Notes: generated by a model from the sequence alone, not told the origin. A DNA stretch of 64,000 bases from Negaprion brevirostris (GCA_030324005.1 JARDVH010000073.1:93460376-93524375), one strand, 5' to 3'; counted from the stretch's first letter, positions 1 to 12,460 are shown. Numbers and translations: made by a program.

Positions 1-197
1 CAGCCAATCTGAACTTCACTCAAAGTTGTATGAGCAAACTAATGAGGAGATCATTTATTAAAATAATGCAAACACATCATAAGTAGTCAGCTCAATAATC
101 TCCTAATTGGAATTGGGCACAGATATTTCTAAAGAAGTACAAAACGTTGTTTTGTCCTATCAAGTTTAAACTACTAAATTTATGCAGCGTTATCAGT

Positions 198-525
198 TTT
201 TTCATTCGTTCATGGATGTGGGAGTCGCTGGCTGGGCCAGCACTTATTGGCCATCGCTGAGAGCAGTCAAGAGCCAACCACAATGCTCTGCATCTGGAGT
301 CACATGTAGGCCGGACTAGGTAAGGATGACAGATTTCCATTAGTGAACCAGATGGGCTTTACGACAATGGTTTCAGGGTCATCACTGGATTTTAAATTCC
401 AGATTTTTATTGAATTCAAATTTCACCATCTGCCATGGTGAGATTTGAACTTGGGTCCAAAGAGCATTACCCTAGGTCTCTGGATTACTAGTGCAGTGAA
501 AATACCACTACATCACCACATCCCC
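198..525 (-). mobile_element. tRNA-headed SINE (family A, LINE-derived body and tail)
   Basis: Colinear with copies at 591-945 and 59897-60250; minus-strand B-box-like GTTCAAATC; tail GCCAGCGACTCCCACATCCATGAACGAATG. Confidence 0.85.
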
Positions 526-590
526 TAAACATTAAAAGAACAAAACATTTATTAATTTAAAAGGCTCAGTATTATTCATTAAGGATTTAA

Positions 591-945
591 ATTCATTCAT
601 AGGGCATGGGTTTCGCTGGCTGGCCAGCATTTATTGCCCATCCCTAGTTGCCCTTGGAGGGCAGTTGAGAATCAACCACATTGCTGTGGCTCTGGAGTCA
701 CAGGCAGGCCAGGCCAAGTAAGGAAAACAGATTTCCTTTCATAAAGGACATTAGTGAACCAGATGGGTTTTTGCAATCATTGACAATGGTTTTATGGTCA
801 TCAGTAGATTCTTACTTCCAAATTTTTAAAACTTGAATTTAAATTCCATCATCTGCTGTGGTGGGATTTGAACCCTGGTCCCCAGAACGTTAATTGAGTT
901 TCTGGATAACTAATCAAGTGATAATAACACTGGCCTATTGCCTCC
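591..945 (-). mobile_element. tRNA-headed SINE (family A), near full length
   Basis: B box GGTTCAAATCCC on minus strand at about 863-874; tail GGGCAATAAATGCTGGCCAGCCAGCG. Confidence 0.88.
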
Positions 946-950
946 ACAAT

Positions 951-1159
951 GGCTGGGGAGCTTTCTGGCTGTTCATGCTGGTGGGATCTTTTAGTCCTGC
1001 CGATGGCACACTCCTGCTGTGGGTCTTCCGGTAATGTGGGGTGGAGTCAATGGGAAATCCTATTGACAGCAGCGAACCTGAAGATCCCATCATTGGCCAA
1101 CAGTACTCCAGCTTCCCGCCATGTTAAATATGCCACGGGGAGGCCAGAGAATCCTGCTC
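951..1159. mobile_element. MITE-like non-autonomous DNA element (GGGCRGGATTTT...AATCCYGCYC type)
   Basis: Ends in GAGAATCCTGCTC; internal GGGATCTT...AAGATCCC inverted motifs shared with 5280-5443 and 12268-12460. Confidence 0.6.
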
Positions 1160-1294
1160 AGTTTAAGTATTGGATGAGTTAATTTACATGATGGTATGAC
1201 TGCTAGTACATTGCCCATTGTTGTAGTTTGCCATTGAGAATGGGAAACTCCCAAACAATCCTTTAAAATTATCCCAGAAGTGCAGAAATTGAAA

Positions 1295-1525
1295 TGATCT
1301 TAGCTGAGATGACAGTCAGAACATTTGGTCTTGGTATTCTGGTATGAGAAAGGAGAAAGTTTGCTATGTTTCCTGTTACTGATCAATAGTAGTGATTCCT
1401 GCTCATTAATGAGGTGGATGGATGTCAATTGACATTAAAATTGGGTTTGCGTGGTGCCCTCACTGTCAAGTGAACCTTGAGTTGGTCACTGCTCAGGTTC
1501 ATACAAGAACGAGAAGATAGTGAAA
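1295..1525 (+). mobile_element. Highly decayed ancient SINE-like repeat (family C)
   Basis: Patchy similarity by eye to 35875-36175, 28385-28720 and the reverse complement of 45075-45370. Confidence 0.35.
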
Positions 1526-2529
1526 TTATAGCCCACCAAATGTCCAGAGAAGAGAAGTTTTCTTTGCGTACATCCTAACGAGGAACTTTTATGCTAAGAA
1601 ATGGAGCTCTTCTTATTTAAGACACCTACTGTTGGCACCAAGCACTCCTAGGTCAGTAAATAAATTAGAAGTAAATCCATCTGTTCAGCCCCATATCTTT
1701 CATTTCCCACAACCATCTGGTTGTCAAAGTTTTATTTTGCAAATGAAAGAAGATGTTTAGAATTGTTTCTCGACTTGGCTTACATTCAACATGTATCTGT
1801 GTGGAGAGATGCACTGGAATTTACCTGGCATATCAGCACTAAATAAATTCCCACTTGTTACACTTACAGCTGAAAGGCCAGTTGGTACAAGTCAACTCTC
1901 ATTATATAGTAACATGGCTCCAAGAAAAGTTTGATAAGCATTTTTGTTACAGGTATCTACGTCATCCAATCTGCCTGCAATCATAAATCCTTTCACAAAA
2001 TATCTTATCAGTGATGATGGCTTAAAGAGTGATGGCAACATGAACAGGATTTTTAAATGTCACTCATCAAATGAGAACATTGAACTTGTCCTTCCCAATA
2101 CTTCTTAGTTCTTCCTCACTTATACTGTACATGCTCTGCTTTATCCCACTGAATATACTCTACAACCTCTAAATCTGCCACTGTTCTGCATGTCACCTCA
2201 AGTACTTTCTATATGTCGAGTTATTTCCTTTTAGTTATCATCTACGCATTCTACAGCCCTTCACTCGATATCCTGCATATGTCCCATTGTTTCTCATCAA
2301 GCACCCGCTTTGTTTCCCACATTTGTGTATCGAACATTTTCAGTGTTTTCTGCTGTTGTGACTGTGTAATCTTTGTATATTCTATTGCTTTCCTAGACAC
2401 ACTCCACATGTCTCACTACTCTCCATACAGCACGCTCTGTGTATGCTATTGTACCTCCCATTGTTCCCCATTGTACAATTCCCAATTGGGTATCATCAGG
2501 TTCTTCCGGAACGCAACATAATATGTTTC

Positions 2530-3232
2530 GATGACAGGTGGGCAGAAGGAGTCTGCAATGTTACGGAAGTGTGAGGTCATTCACAAATTGGAATTTTTTT
2601 TAATGACAAGAGACAATGAGCTAAGGAGTAGCAAAGGGTATTCACGTATACAAATCACAAAAGGTTAGTGCGCAGATACAAAAAGTAATCATAAAACTAA
2701 TAAAATATTGGCCTTTATCTCAAGAAGTGATGACATTCAAAAGTCAGGAAGTAATGCTTCAGTTGTATCTATTTGGTCAGAGCCCATGTGAAGAATAGCA
2801 TTCAGTTTTGGACACAAATCCTAAGAAAAGATATATTGGTGATAAGGAATACAGTACAGAGTCACAAGAATGATACCAGAATGTAAAAGACTGAATTTTG
2901 AGGATAGTTTGTATTCATTTGGCTTGTATTCCATAGGCTTAGAATGCTGAAGGCGGATGCAAGGGGCATATAAAGGATAAAAGGATAATATTCTATTCTT
3001 CAGGTTTGAGGTGAGAGGGTAAGTTTAGGGGAGACATGCGGGAATAGTTTTTCACACAGAGGATGGTCGGTGCCTGGAGCGCATTGCCAATGCAGGTGAG
3101 GGAAGCAGGTACGTTAGCAACACGCAAGTTGTATCTTGATAGACACATGAACGGGAGATGAAACATAGGATAAAAACTGTGTATCGGCACAGGCCGAAGG
3201 TCCTGTTCCTGTGCTGTATAATTCTTTGTATT
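2530..3232 (+). mobile_element. CR1 LINE 3' portion, degenerate (possibly two abutting fragments)
   Basis: AAGTGTGAGGTCATTCAC (KCEVIH); TTGGCCTTTATC; CAGTTTTGG; terminal GGCCGAAGGTCCTGTTCCTGTGCTGTA. Confidence 0.8.
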
Positions 3233-3303
3233 AGAACATAAGAACATAAGAACATAAGAAATAGGAGCAGGAGTAGGCCATCTAGCCCTTCGAGCCTGCC
3301 CCG
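3233..3303 (-). mobile_element. CR1 LINE 3' terminus running into a gap
   Basis: (AGAACATA)n terminal microsatellite followed by GGAGCAGGAGTAGGCCAT. Confidence 0.85.
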
Positions 3304-3477
3304 NNNNNNNNNNNNNNNNNNNNNNNNNNNNNNNNNNNNNNNNNNNNNNNNNNNNNNNNNNNNNNNNNNNNNNNNNNNNNNNNNNNNNNNNNNNNNNNNN
3401 NNNTATTTGACAACCAATCCTCTATCCACGCTAACACCCTACCCCCAACTCCATGCCCCCTTACATAGGATATGCAG

Positions 3478-4710
3478 CATAGGAAGAGACTAGTCGGCCC
3501 AACCAGTCCATATCAGTGATAATGCTCAGTTCGAGTCACTTCACATCTTTTCTCATCCAAATATACCATCGTAACCCTCTAATCCTTTCTCCCTCATATA
3601 TTTGTCTAGTTTCCTCTTAAATGCATTTTTACTATCCACTTTAACCACTCCCTATGGTGTCAAGTTCCAAATTCTCACACTCTTTGGGTAACAATGTTTC
3701 TTCGGAATTCAGCATACCAAGGGATCTAGGTGTACAGATCCACCATTCCCTGAAGGTAGCAACTCAGGTGGACAAGGTGGTCAAGAAGGCATATGGCATG
3801 TCAGCCTTCATCGATTGGGGTGTTGAGTACAGGGATTGGTAAATCGTGCTTCAGCTGTATAAGACTTTGGCTAGGCTGCATTTGGAGTACTGTGTACAAT
3901 TCTGGTCGCCACACCAGGGTGTTGATGCATTGGAAAGGGTGCAGGAGACATTTCCCATGATATTGCCTGGTTTGGAGGATATGAACTAGGAAGAAAGATT
4001 GAACAAACTTGGATTGTTTTCATTGCAGTGTCGGAGGATTGGGGGGGTGGGGGTTACTTGGTAGAGGTTTACAAGATTCTGACAGACTTGGATAGAGTGG
4101 ATAGTCAGAGTCATTTTCCCAGGGTCGAAGGGCCAATTACTTGGTGGCATAAGTTAAAAATGAGAAGGGGAAAGTTTAAAAGTGGTGTAAGGGGCAAAGT
4201 TTTTCATACAGCTAGTGGTGAATGCCTGGAACGGACTGCTGGAGGAATTGGTGGAAGTAGATTCTGTGACAACTTCAAGAGGCATCTGGATAGATATACG
4301 ATTGGCAGGAAATAGAGGGACACAGGTCACGTAGAGGCAAAAAAATATTAAATTAGAGAGGCATCTGTGTTGGCACAGACTTTGTGGGCTGAAGGGCCTG
4401 TCCCTATGCTGCACTGTTGTTTCTTTGTTTGTAATTCTCAGTTGGGTTTCTTGGTGACTATCTTATATTGATGGCCTCTAATTATTCTCCTCCCCACAAG
4501 AGGAAACATCGCTCTGTATCTACTCTCCCAATACCTTTCATAAAATTAAAGACCACTAATCGGTCATCGGCCTTATTTTTTCAAGACAGAAGGGACCCAG
4601 TCTGTAAATCCTTTCCTGATATATATATATCCATGCATTTTTGATACCATCTTTTCTGTATGGCTACAGAGTGTGCAGCACTCTGTGGTCTAACCAATGT
4701 TCAGTGCATC
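3478..4710 (-). mobile_element. Older CR1 3' fragment split by a younger CR1 (host parts 3478-3710 and 4433-4710)
   Basis: Host reads through as TTCGGAATTC|TCAGTTGGGTTTC once the insert is removed. Confidence 0.7.
3711..4432 (+). mobile_element. 5'-truncated CR1 LINE with AATTC target duplication
   Basis: Encodes RDLGVQIHHSLKVATQVDKVVKKAYGM and LVEVYKIL; CR1 3' UTR; AATTC at 3706-3710 and 4433-4437. Confidence 0.92.
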
Positions 4711-4821
4711 TTTGGCACAAATTCCTTTGCAATCCTACCCCTCTTGAAATGAACAGTGCCAGTTCAATAGGGTTAGGGTAATGATTCATTTGGGTTAGGG
4801 TTAGACACTGAGAAATTTCCA

Positions 4822-5128
4822 GGCGGCACGGCAGCACAGTGGTTAGCACTGCTGCTGCACAGATCCAGGGACCTGGGTTCGATTCCTGCCTTAGGTCATT
4901 GTCTGTGTGGAGTTTGCACATTCTCCTTGTGTCTGCATGGGTTTCCTCCCACAATCCAAAGATGTGCGAGTTAGGTTGATTGACCATGCTAAAATTGCAC
5001 TTGGTGTCCTGAGATGCATAGTTTAGAGGGATTAGTGGGGTGAATATGGGGGTAGGGCCTGGGTGGGATTGCGGTCAGTGCAGACTCGATGGGCTGAATG
5101 GCCTCCTTCTGTACTGTAGGGATTCTGT
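4822..5128 (+). mobile_element. HE1-type V-SINE with CR1-type tail
   Basis: tRNA head (CACAGTGGTTAGCACTG, GGTTCGATTCC), V-domain GTGGAGTTTGCACATTCTCC, tail GGGCTGAATGGCCTCCTTCTG. Confidence 0.93.
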
Positions 5129-5279
5129 CAAATTATTTTAACTGGTGGGAGAATCCAAAAATGTAGGTGCAAATTAAAGCTGGGCCACATCAAAACCAAA
5201 TCAGGNNNNNNNNNNAATACTGTTGCTGTACAAAGGACAGTAATCTATTTCCGATTAAAGGTTCTCAGCCTGATGCATT

Positions 5280-5443
5280 GGGTAGGATCTTCCAGCTGTT
5301 CCTGCTAGTGGGACCTTCTGACCCTGCCAATGGCAACCCTTCCACACTGCAAAGCAAAGCAGCAGAGGGTGCAAACAAGGGGAAATCACATTGACATTGG
5401 TAGGACTGGAAGATCCCGTCATTGACCAGTCGCAGGTCGGCTC
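5280..5443. mobile_element. MITE-like element, partial (runs into gap)
   Basis: Starts GGGTAGGATCTTCC; colinear with 951-1159. Confidence 0.55.
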
Positions 5444-6322
5444 NNNNNNNNNNNNNNNNNNNNNNNNNNNNNNNNNNNNNNNNNNNNNNNNNNNNNNNNN
5501 NNNNNNNNNNNNNNNNNNNNNNNNNNNNNNNNNNNNNNNNNNNNNNNNNNNNNNNNNNNNNNNNNNNNNNNNNNNNNNNNNNNNNNNNNNNNNNNNNNNN
5601 NNNNNNNNNNNNNNNNNNNNNNNNNNNNNNNNNNNNNNNNNNNNNNNNNNNNNNNNNNNNNNNNNNNNNNNNNNNNNNNNNNNNNNNNNTATCGCTGAAA
5701 AGAGATACATGTTACAGAAGCTTGTCAACTTTCGCACATCAGGACAAACACAAGAATGTCAAATTTCAAACCATCAGAACAATTTATAGTACAGGAGAAA
5801 AGAGTGTTGATTGGTAACAAGTCAACCATGGAGAAAGCAAGAGACAACTATCAGTTCCCCCAAGTTCAAAAGGTGCAGTGCTTGAGTATATTCTTTTTGC
5901 TTGCAGAGAAGGGATATTTGTGCAAGAATGTGAATATATAATAAAGAAACTTAATAATTTTTGATACGGTTTCTTCTTAATTAAAAATAATTCCATTACG
6001 AGTTTTTGTTTAAAGATATTTCACTCTCTAAAAATGAAGCGATTACTTTTCTACCCCTGATACTCAGTTACCTTTTTGTGAATAAATTGTGATTCCCTTA
6101 GTGGAAATCCTGGAGCTGAGTCAAATAAGAGCCTTCACCCACCCCACAATATCCAATGGTGCTTTTACAAAATTGTTTTTTGTCTCTGTCTCTCCCAAAT
6201 ACAGGTCACTCACAAAGCTGGGNNNNNNNNNNNNNNNNNNNNNNNNNNNNNNNNNNNNNNNNNNNNNNNNNNNNNNNNNNNNNNNNNNNNNNNNNNNNNN
6301 NNNNNNNNNNNNNNNNNNNNNN

Positions 6323-6657
6323 TAGAGGTTTATAAGATGTTGGTATTGATCGAGTGGATTCTCAGAGGCTATTTCCCAGGACTGAAATGGTCGCGACGAG
6401 AGGACACAGGTTTAAGGTGCTGGGGAGTAGGTACAGAGGAGATATCAGGGGTACGTTTTTTGCTCAGAGTGTGGTGGGTGCGTGGAATTGGCGGTGGTGC
6501 TGGAGGCGGATTCGATTGGGTCTTTTAAGAGACTTTTTGATGAGTACATGGGACTTAATAAGATAGAGGGTTATAGGTAGGCCTGGTAAGTAGGGATATG
6601 TTTGGCGCAACTTGTGGGCCAAAGGCCCTGTCTGTGCTGTAGTTTTTCTATGTTCTA
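6323..6657 (+). mobile_element. CR1 LINE 3' end
   Basis: Encodes DSQRLFPR...TRGHRFKV...FFAQSVVGAWN; tail GGGCCAAAGGCCCTGTCTGTGCTGTA. Confidence 0.92.
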
Positions 6658-6882
6658 AAGTTTTTCAGTGCCTTTCCCTTACCTGAAAGTATACGGCCTC
6701 TGAGAGTACCTCAGGAAATGTTCTTCCCCTAAACGTTCTCTGTACATTGCCGGTGTCAGTGCAACAGGTCAAATTTTGAACCCAGAAAGACCCCTGATTA
6801 TCTTGAATTAAGCACATGGCCCTCCACAGCTGGCATTACGATAACAGGTCTGAGTTATTAAGGAAATCTCAGGTAAGAAAAC

Positions 6883-7670
6883 ATGAGTTAAGTTGTGCGG
6901 ATGGTTATTATTAAGGGGAGCAAAAGTAGCGATTTCCATTCCCACCAGAAAGTTATTGTTACAAGAGTTATATTGTGCTCATCCTGTGGTGACAAAGCTT
7001 GTGCACTGTTATGTGCGGTGGCCCAAGATAGATATCGATACAGAGAGTATGATGTGTTAAGCAATGCGACAAATGCCAAATGCAGTAGAAGTTGCCATCT
7101 GTGGTTCTAATATACCCTTGGGAGTGGCCAGGATGCCCATGGGTGCGAGGACACATCAGTTGGCCCATTCATGGACACCGTGTTCCTTCCTCATTGTAGA
7201 TGCACAGTACAAATGGTGGGAAATACACAAAACAATGTCCACAACCTCATCAGCAACGGTCAAGAAATTTCCACAGAAATTTGTCACACACGAGATGCCT
7301 GAGGGGCCAGTATCAGATATTGGGACCGCATTCACTCGTAAAGAGCTTCAGCATTTCAACCAAGGTTGTTCTACAAATTCAGACTGTTCCCTATCACCCT
7401 GCTTCAAATGGACAGGTTGAGAGAGCCATCCACACATTCAAAACCATGATGGCGAAACAGTTATCAGCCCCTCTACAAAACAAGCTGGCCCGTTTCCTGA
7501 TTACCCACAGAACATCTCCTCATGTCACCACAGGTTTTACACCTACCAATCTCCTAATGGGCAGGTGTATTCGAGTAAGGTTGGATGTGGTATTTCTGAA
7601 TTTGGTGAGGAGGGTGGATGCAAAACTGAACACACAGGAGAAACAATTTGACAAAAATGGAGAGAATATT
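6883..7670 (+). pseudogene. Gypsy/Ty3 LTR-retrotransposon integrase, frameshifted
   Basis: Zn-finger-region remnant LLLQELYCAHP..YVRWPKID; core PWEWP, FLIVDA..KW, VSDIGTAFT, PYHPASNGQVERAIHTFK, RTSPHVTTGFTP. Confidence 0.92.
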
Positions 7671-8170
7671 TAAAGTGGATGATTTGGCCTCTGTAAAGAA
7701 CTATGCTGCTTGTCTGAACTGGATCACTGGAGTGGTCAAGGTCAGAACAGGTCCATGGATGAAATAGATGTCCGCAGAAAAAGGATGAAGAAACACCCGG
7801 ACCATTTGAGAAGAAGAGACTCACGCACAGAACCAGAGGGACAGTCTGCCCCTAGTATGTTTGTCAATGATATTCCTCTGGGTGTAAATAATGCAGCAAC
7901 AAGCTAACCCGAGAAAGAGCCAAATGATGTCCTAGTGGGAACTGGAGAAGTTTCTGCACTGACGCACCTTCGCAGGTTGGGGATTCCCCACTGAGGTACA
8001 AACCTAAGCTCCCTCTATTGCTGGAGCAGCTGTTGGTGAATTTTGATGTTTCCAAAGGATCAGGAAGCCCTGGGACTGGTTTACCTGATAAGGGACTGGA
8101 TTTGAGATCCACTCGTTGTGTAATATTGAGTAGTTGAATTGTTATTGAAAAATGTGAAAATCAGGAATAT

Positions 8171-8389
8171 AAAGTGGGGAGGGATGTGATAATAACAAGC
8201 TCTCAGAGGGTCATGTGACCGGTTGGTTAATTAGCCTGGAGTGTGTGAGTCCTGAGAGTAGATTTTCTTTGCCAGTTAGGAGTCTGGTGTTGTGGAATGC
8301 GGTAAACTTTATAATACACTCATTACGTAGTTACTTACTTTAATAAACAGTCCATTCATTAAGCTACTTGGTGGCCACCCTACGTTGCA
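8171..8389 (+). mobile_element. Polypurine tract and 3' LTR of the Gypsy element
   Basis: Purine tract AAAGTGGGGAGGGA at 8171-8184, TG at 8185, AATAAA at 8342, CA near 8389; right end uncertain. Confidence 0.7.
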
Positions 8390-8419
8390 AGGTATTCAAC
8401 TTTAGAAACTGTTTTCTCA

Positions 8420-8656
8420 ACCTGACCTTCAATGATTTACGCACACGCACCCCCAGATCCCTCTGCTCCTGCAGCCTCTTATGGTGAATTCTGGATTTTA
8501 CACTGCCTCGCTATGCACTTCCCACCAACTTAAATCACATCATTATTTTTTGAAATAAATCCCATCTGCCACAAAACGCACCCATTCCATCAGCCTGCTG
8601 AAAGTTTTTTGAAATTGAATGCTACCCTTCTCACAGTTCACAATATTCCCAAGTTT
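8420..8656 (-). mobile_element. Old CR1 RT fragment
   Basis: Reverse strand carries TGGCAGATGGGATTT and GCAGAGGGATCTGGGGGTGCGTGTGC (WQM.F, QRDLGV). Confidence 0.75.
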
Positions 8657-9213
8657 TGGCATATACTGTTCCAGTCTGGTCGCCACACTATCAGAAGGAT
8701 GTGAAGGCTTTGGAGAGGGTACAGAAAAGATTTACCAGGATGTTGCCTGGTATGGAGGGCATTAGCTATGATGAGAGGTTGGAGAAACTTGGCTTGTTCT
8801 CACTGAAGCGATGGAGGTTGAGGGGAGACCTGATAGAAGTCTATAAGATTATGAGAGGCATGGACAGAGTGGATAGTCAAAAGCTTTTTTCCAGGGCAGA
8901 AGAATCATTTACAAGGGGGCATAGGTTTAGGTGCGAGGGGCAAGGTTTAAAGAAGAAGTACAAGGCAGATTTTTTTTACACAGAGAGTATTGGGTGCCTG
9001 GAACTCGTTGCTGGGGGAGGTAGTGGAAGCGGATATGGTAGTGACTTTTAAGGGGCGCATTGACAAGTACATGAATAGAATGGGAATAGAGGGATATGGT
9101 TCCCAGAAGGGTAGGGGGTTTTAGTTAAGTTGGGGAGCATTGTCAGTGCAGGCTTGGAGGGCCGAACGGCCTGTGGTTGTGCTGTAATTTCCTTTGTTCT
9201 TTGTTGTTTGTTC
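8657..9213 (+). mobile_element. CR1 LINE 3' end, young
   Basis: WSPHYQKDVKALERVQKRFTRMLPGMEGISYDERLEKLGLFSL..RLRGDLIEVYKIM plus 3' UTR. Confidence 0.95.
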
Positions 9214-9215
9214 AG

Positions 9216-10005
9216 AGTGCAGAGACAAATAGGTAATTTCCTGGTTGGCAAGAGGTAACTATTGGAATGCTCAGGGATCTGTGCTGGGACCTCAACTACC
9301 TATAATCTTATATTAATGACTTGGATGAGAATGGACAAACGTGTGCAGGTACAGCAAGTGATTATGATGACAAATGGAATGTTGGCCTTTTTTTGTGAGG
9401 GGAATCGAGCATAAAAATAGGGAAGTGTTGCTACAGCTGTACAAAGCGTTAGTGAGATTGCATTTGGAGGACTGTGTGCGGTTTTGGTCTCCTTACTTAA
9501 GAAAGGATGGAACTGTGTTAGAAGCAGCTCAGAGAAGGTTCACTCAATTCATTCCTGTGTTTGTTTATGAGGAAAGGGTGAGCAAATTGGATCTATATCC
9601 ATTGTAGTTTTTAAAAAATGAGACATGGTCTTATTGAAACATATAAAATCCTGAGGGCACTTGGCGGGTTGTTTGCAGAAAGCTCTTGCGGGGCAATTTA
9701 GAATGAAGGGACACAGTTTAAAAATTCGAGGTCTCCCATTTAAGACTGAGATGAGGAGAATTTATTTATTTAGTCCATGGGATTCTCTTCCCAGAAAACA
9801 GTGGGAGCCTGGGTTATTGAATATATTCAAGGCTGAGTTAGATAGGTCTTTGCTTGACAAACAGGGGTCAAGGGTTATGGGGGACAGACAGGAAATTTCA
9901 GTAGAAATCGGCCAAAATCGAATCAACCATGATCTAATAGAATGGTGGAGCACGGTTGAGGGGCCGAATGGCCTACTGCTCCTCATTCTTGTGTCCTCAT
10001 GTGAA
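9216..10005 (+). mobile_element. CR1 LINE, internally deleted 3' portion
   Basis: CAGGGATCTGTGCTGGGACC (QGSVLG); LLQLYKALVRLHLEDCVRFWSPYLRKD; tail GGGCCGAATGGCCTACT. Confidence 0.9.
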
Positions 10006-10829
10006 CATAGCATTGCTTGTTCAGAGTGGAGGGGGACAGGATTTTCCATTAATATGACTTGCATTTGAAATGGGATGCAAAGTTATACTTAAAGTTTCCA
10101 CCAAATTTTATGCTGGCAAGTGAAGTGCTGTCTGCTTTGGTAGCCGTGTTCCTGGCTGCTCCAGTGAAAATTCCAGCATTAGGTGCAGCATGAACGATAA
10201 GTGCTTGGGTGTCCCGAATATTTGTTGAACAAGAAAGCCCTGGACTCCTGCCGCTCTGGAATAGGAGTATGCAGTGTATTTTATCAAATTTTCTTGGGGA
10301 CATTGACTATTGCACTGGCACCAAGAGCATTAACGTATTTTCGCCAAGGCATAACTTCCGCTGACTGTGACTAAATGAATTAGTGATTAATTTAGCGAAC
10401 TGACTTTTACATCCATACTCCTGTGTGGGTTTGTGGAATAGTATAATTTCTTTTGTGTTGTCCTGGACAAGCTTGAAGATTTATTGTTACTAATACAGGG
10501 CATAACAAAGGTTAAAATGCCCTGCCTTAATGCAATGCTTTAATTAACTATTATGTTATAAATGATATTTATTACATACTAATGGAAACTTCTGGAAACG
10601 GTTATTAGGGAGCTGGCATTTCGTGAATTCTCAGACCAGTAACTCCACAAACTGTGACCTGTGCCATTTAATTGTAATAAAGTTTCAATTCACTTAGTTC
10701 CAGGTAGCTTATTGCATTATTGCTTTTTGCCTTTTAATCAAAGAGGTTAACAACAAATATAGAACAATATTTCGTCGTTGGAGTGCCATTAACTTGGTGA
10801 ACTTTTCACAGAGATGAAATGGCCATCAG

Positions 10830-11192
10830 GCTGCAACATCCAAAGATTTAGGAGAGATGACTGCAAGTGTGTTGGCAAAATTGAGAATCCAAAGCAGTAA
10901 TGAAGTGATGGTGTGGAGTGAGTGGAATTGCACAGGACAGAACCGACGGCTTGTCAAAGGCACAACCAGGGATATAGAGTTGGAGGAGCTCGAAGCAGTA
11001 GGGTGGGGGGATGGCATTGGAGAGTCTTGTAAATTAAGGTGAGGGTTTTAATTTCAATGCATTGTAAGCCAGGGTGCCAAAAGAGAGTCCCAAGAGCAAG
11101 GAAAATGAAAGATCAAAACTTAGTGAAGGATGAAATATATGAAACTTGTTTCGAAAATGTTCAAGATCATGTAAGGTTTAGCTGAGGAGGCC
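10830..11192 (-). mobile_element. Ancient L2-like LINE fragment
   Basis: Purine-rich plus strand resembling the antisense of an L2 ORF2 C-terminal region; heavily diverged. Confidence 0.5.
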
Positions 11193-11197
11193 GAATC

Positions 11198-11525
11198 CCA
11201 CCATCTCAGAAAAGCAGCCAGCAGAATTAAAGACAGTCACGCCTCCGGGTAGTCTCTCTTCCACTTTCTTCTGATACAAAAGTCTGAGGACACATACCAA
11301 CTGACTCAAGAACAGCTTCTTCCCTGCTGCCATCAGATTTTTGAATGGATCTACCTCATATTAAATTGATCTTTCTCTACACCCTAGCTATGACTGTAAC
11401 ACTACATTCTGCACTCTCTCCTCTCCTTCCTGATTAACAGTAAGCTTTGGCCGTGTAGCGTGCAAGAAACAATACTTTTTACTGTATACCAATGCATGTG
11501 ACAATAACAAATCAAATCAAATCAA
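11198..11525 (+). mobile_element. Rex1/Babar-type LINE 3' end
   Basis: Encodes YKSLRTHTN*LKNSFFPAAIRFLN; ends GTGACAATAACAAATCAAATCAAATCAA. Confidence 0.8.
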
Positions 11526-11626
11526 AGAACGGCCAAATTTCTTTCTAATTTCAGCAAATTAAAAGGCACAGTTGGATAACCTTGCATCATTATTCAGTCA
11601 TTATGTGATTATTTTTGTTAACTCGA

Positions 11627-11893
11627 GGGGCAGCATGTTGGCACAGTGGTTAGCACTGCTGCTAACTGGCAGGGACCGGGGTTCGATTACCAGCTTGAGT
11701 CACTGTCTGTGTGGAGTTTGCATGTTCTCCCCATGTCTGCATGGGTTTCCTCCGGGTGCACCAGTTTCCTCCCACAGTCTGAAAGACAGGCTGGTTAGGT
11801 GCAATGACTCGAACAAGTGTGGTGACTGGGGGAATTTCACAGTAACTTAATTGCAGTGTTAATGTAGGCCTTACTTGTGACTAATAAATAAAT
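11627..11893 (+). mobile_element. V-SINE with alternative tail B
   Basis: HE1-type head and V-domain; tail TTTCACAGTAACTT...TACTTGTGACTAATAAATAAA. Confidence 0.9.
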
Positions 11894-12267
11894 GAATTAA
11901 GGTATAATAGAGTATGCGGCTTCATAATTCTCCGGTACACAATGTATCGTAGGCATTATCTACAATTCTCATTTTTAAATGAAAAGTTTTCTCTCAGGGT
12001 GATAGTAAAAACATTAGGAGACTGAGAAGTCTGCCAGGTGATGGTGTTCTGTGTTTCACTATTTTGCATATTTGAGCCACAATGTTTAAAATTTATATTT
12101 CCCTTTTTCGCTTCTTCACTCTTTGTTGAGAATGTTTTTGTTCAGATCAGCACCAAACAGGAAGAAATATTAGTAGCCTTTTCAACAAATGAGAAAGGAT
12201 TTTTTGTTTTAACACCTTGTTGACCAAGGTTGTTGCCATTGACAGAAGCAGTGGTTTAGTAAGGCGA

Positions 12268-12460
12268 TGGCTTGAATTCCCAACCTCACGACGGCAGGAT
12301 TTCACCGTGGCAGATGTGGCAAGCCACGGGAAACGTGATGGGATCTTCCTATCCTGTCAAAGGTTTTGCAGGGCTTGCTGGACCTGCCGCAGATGAACCA
12401 GTTGCAGGAGGGGGTCAACATCAGAAGGACAAGAAGATCCCACTGTAGAAAATCCCAACG
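12268..12460. mobile_element. MITE-like element
   Basis: GGGATCTT...AAGATCCC internal inverted motifs; ends GAAAATCCC. Confidence 0.5.

Noticed and set aside
4768-4804. TTAGGG-like units, also near 25049 and 55851
   Set aside because: Only one to three imperfect units each; too short to call interstitial telomeric sequence
4822-4900. tRNA-like sequences with A and B boxes, here and at every V-SINE head
   Set aside because: They continue into SINE bodies and lack a complete cloverleaf, so they are not tRNA genes
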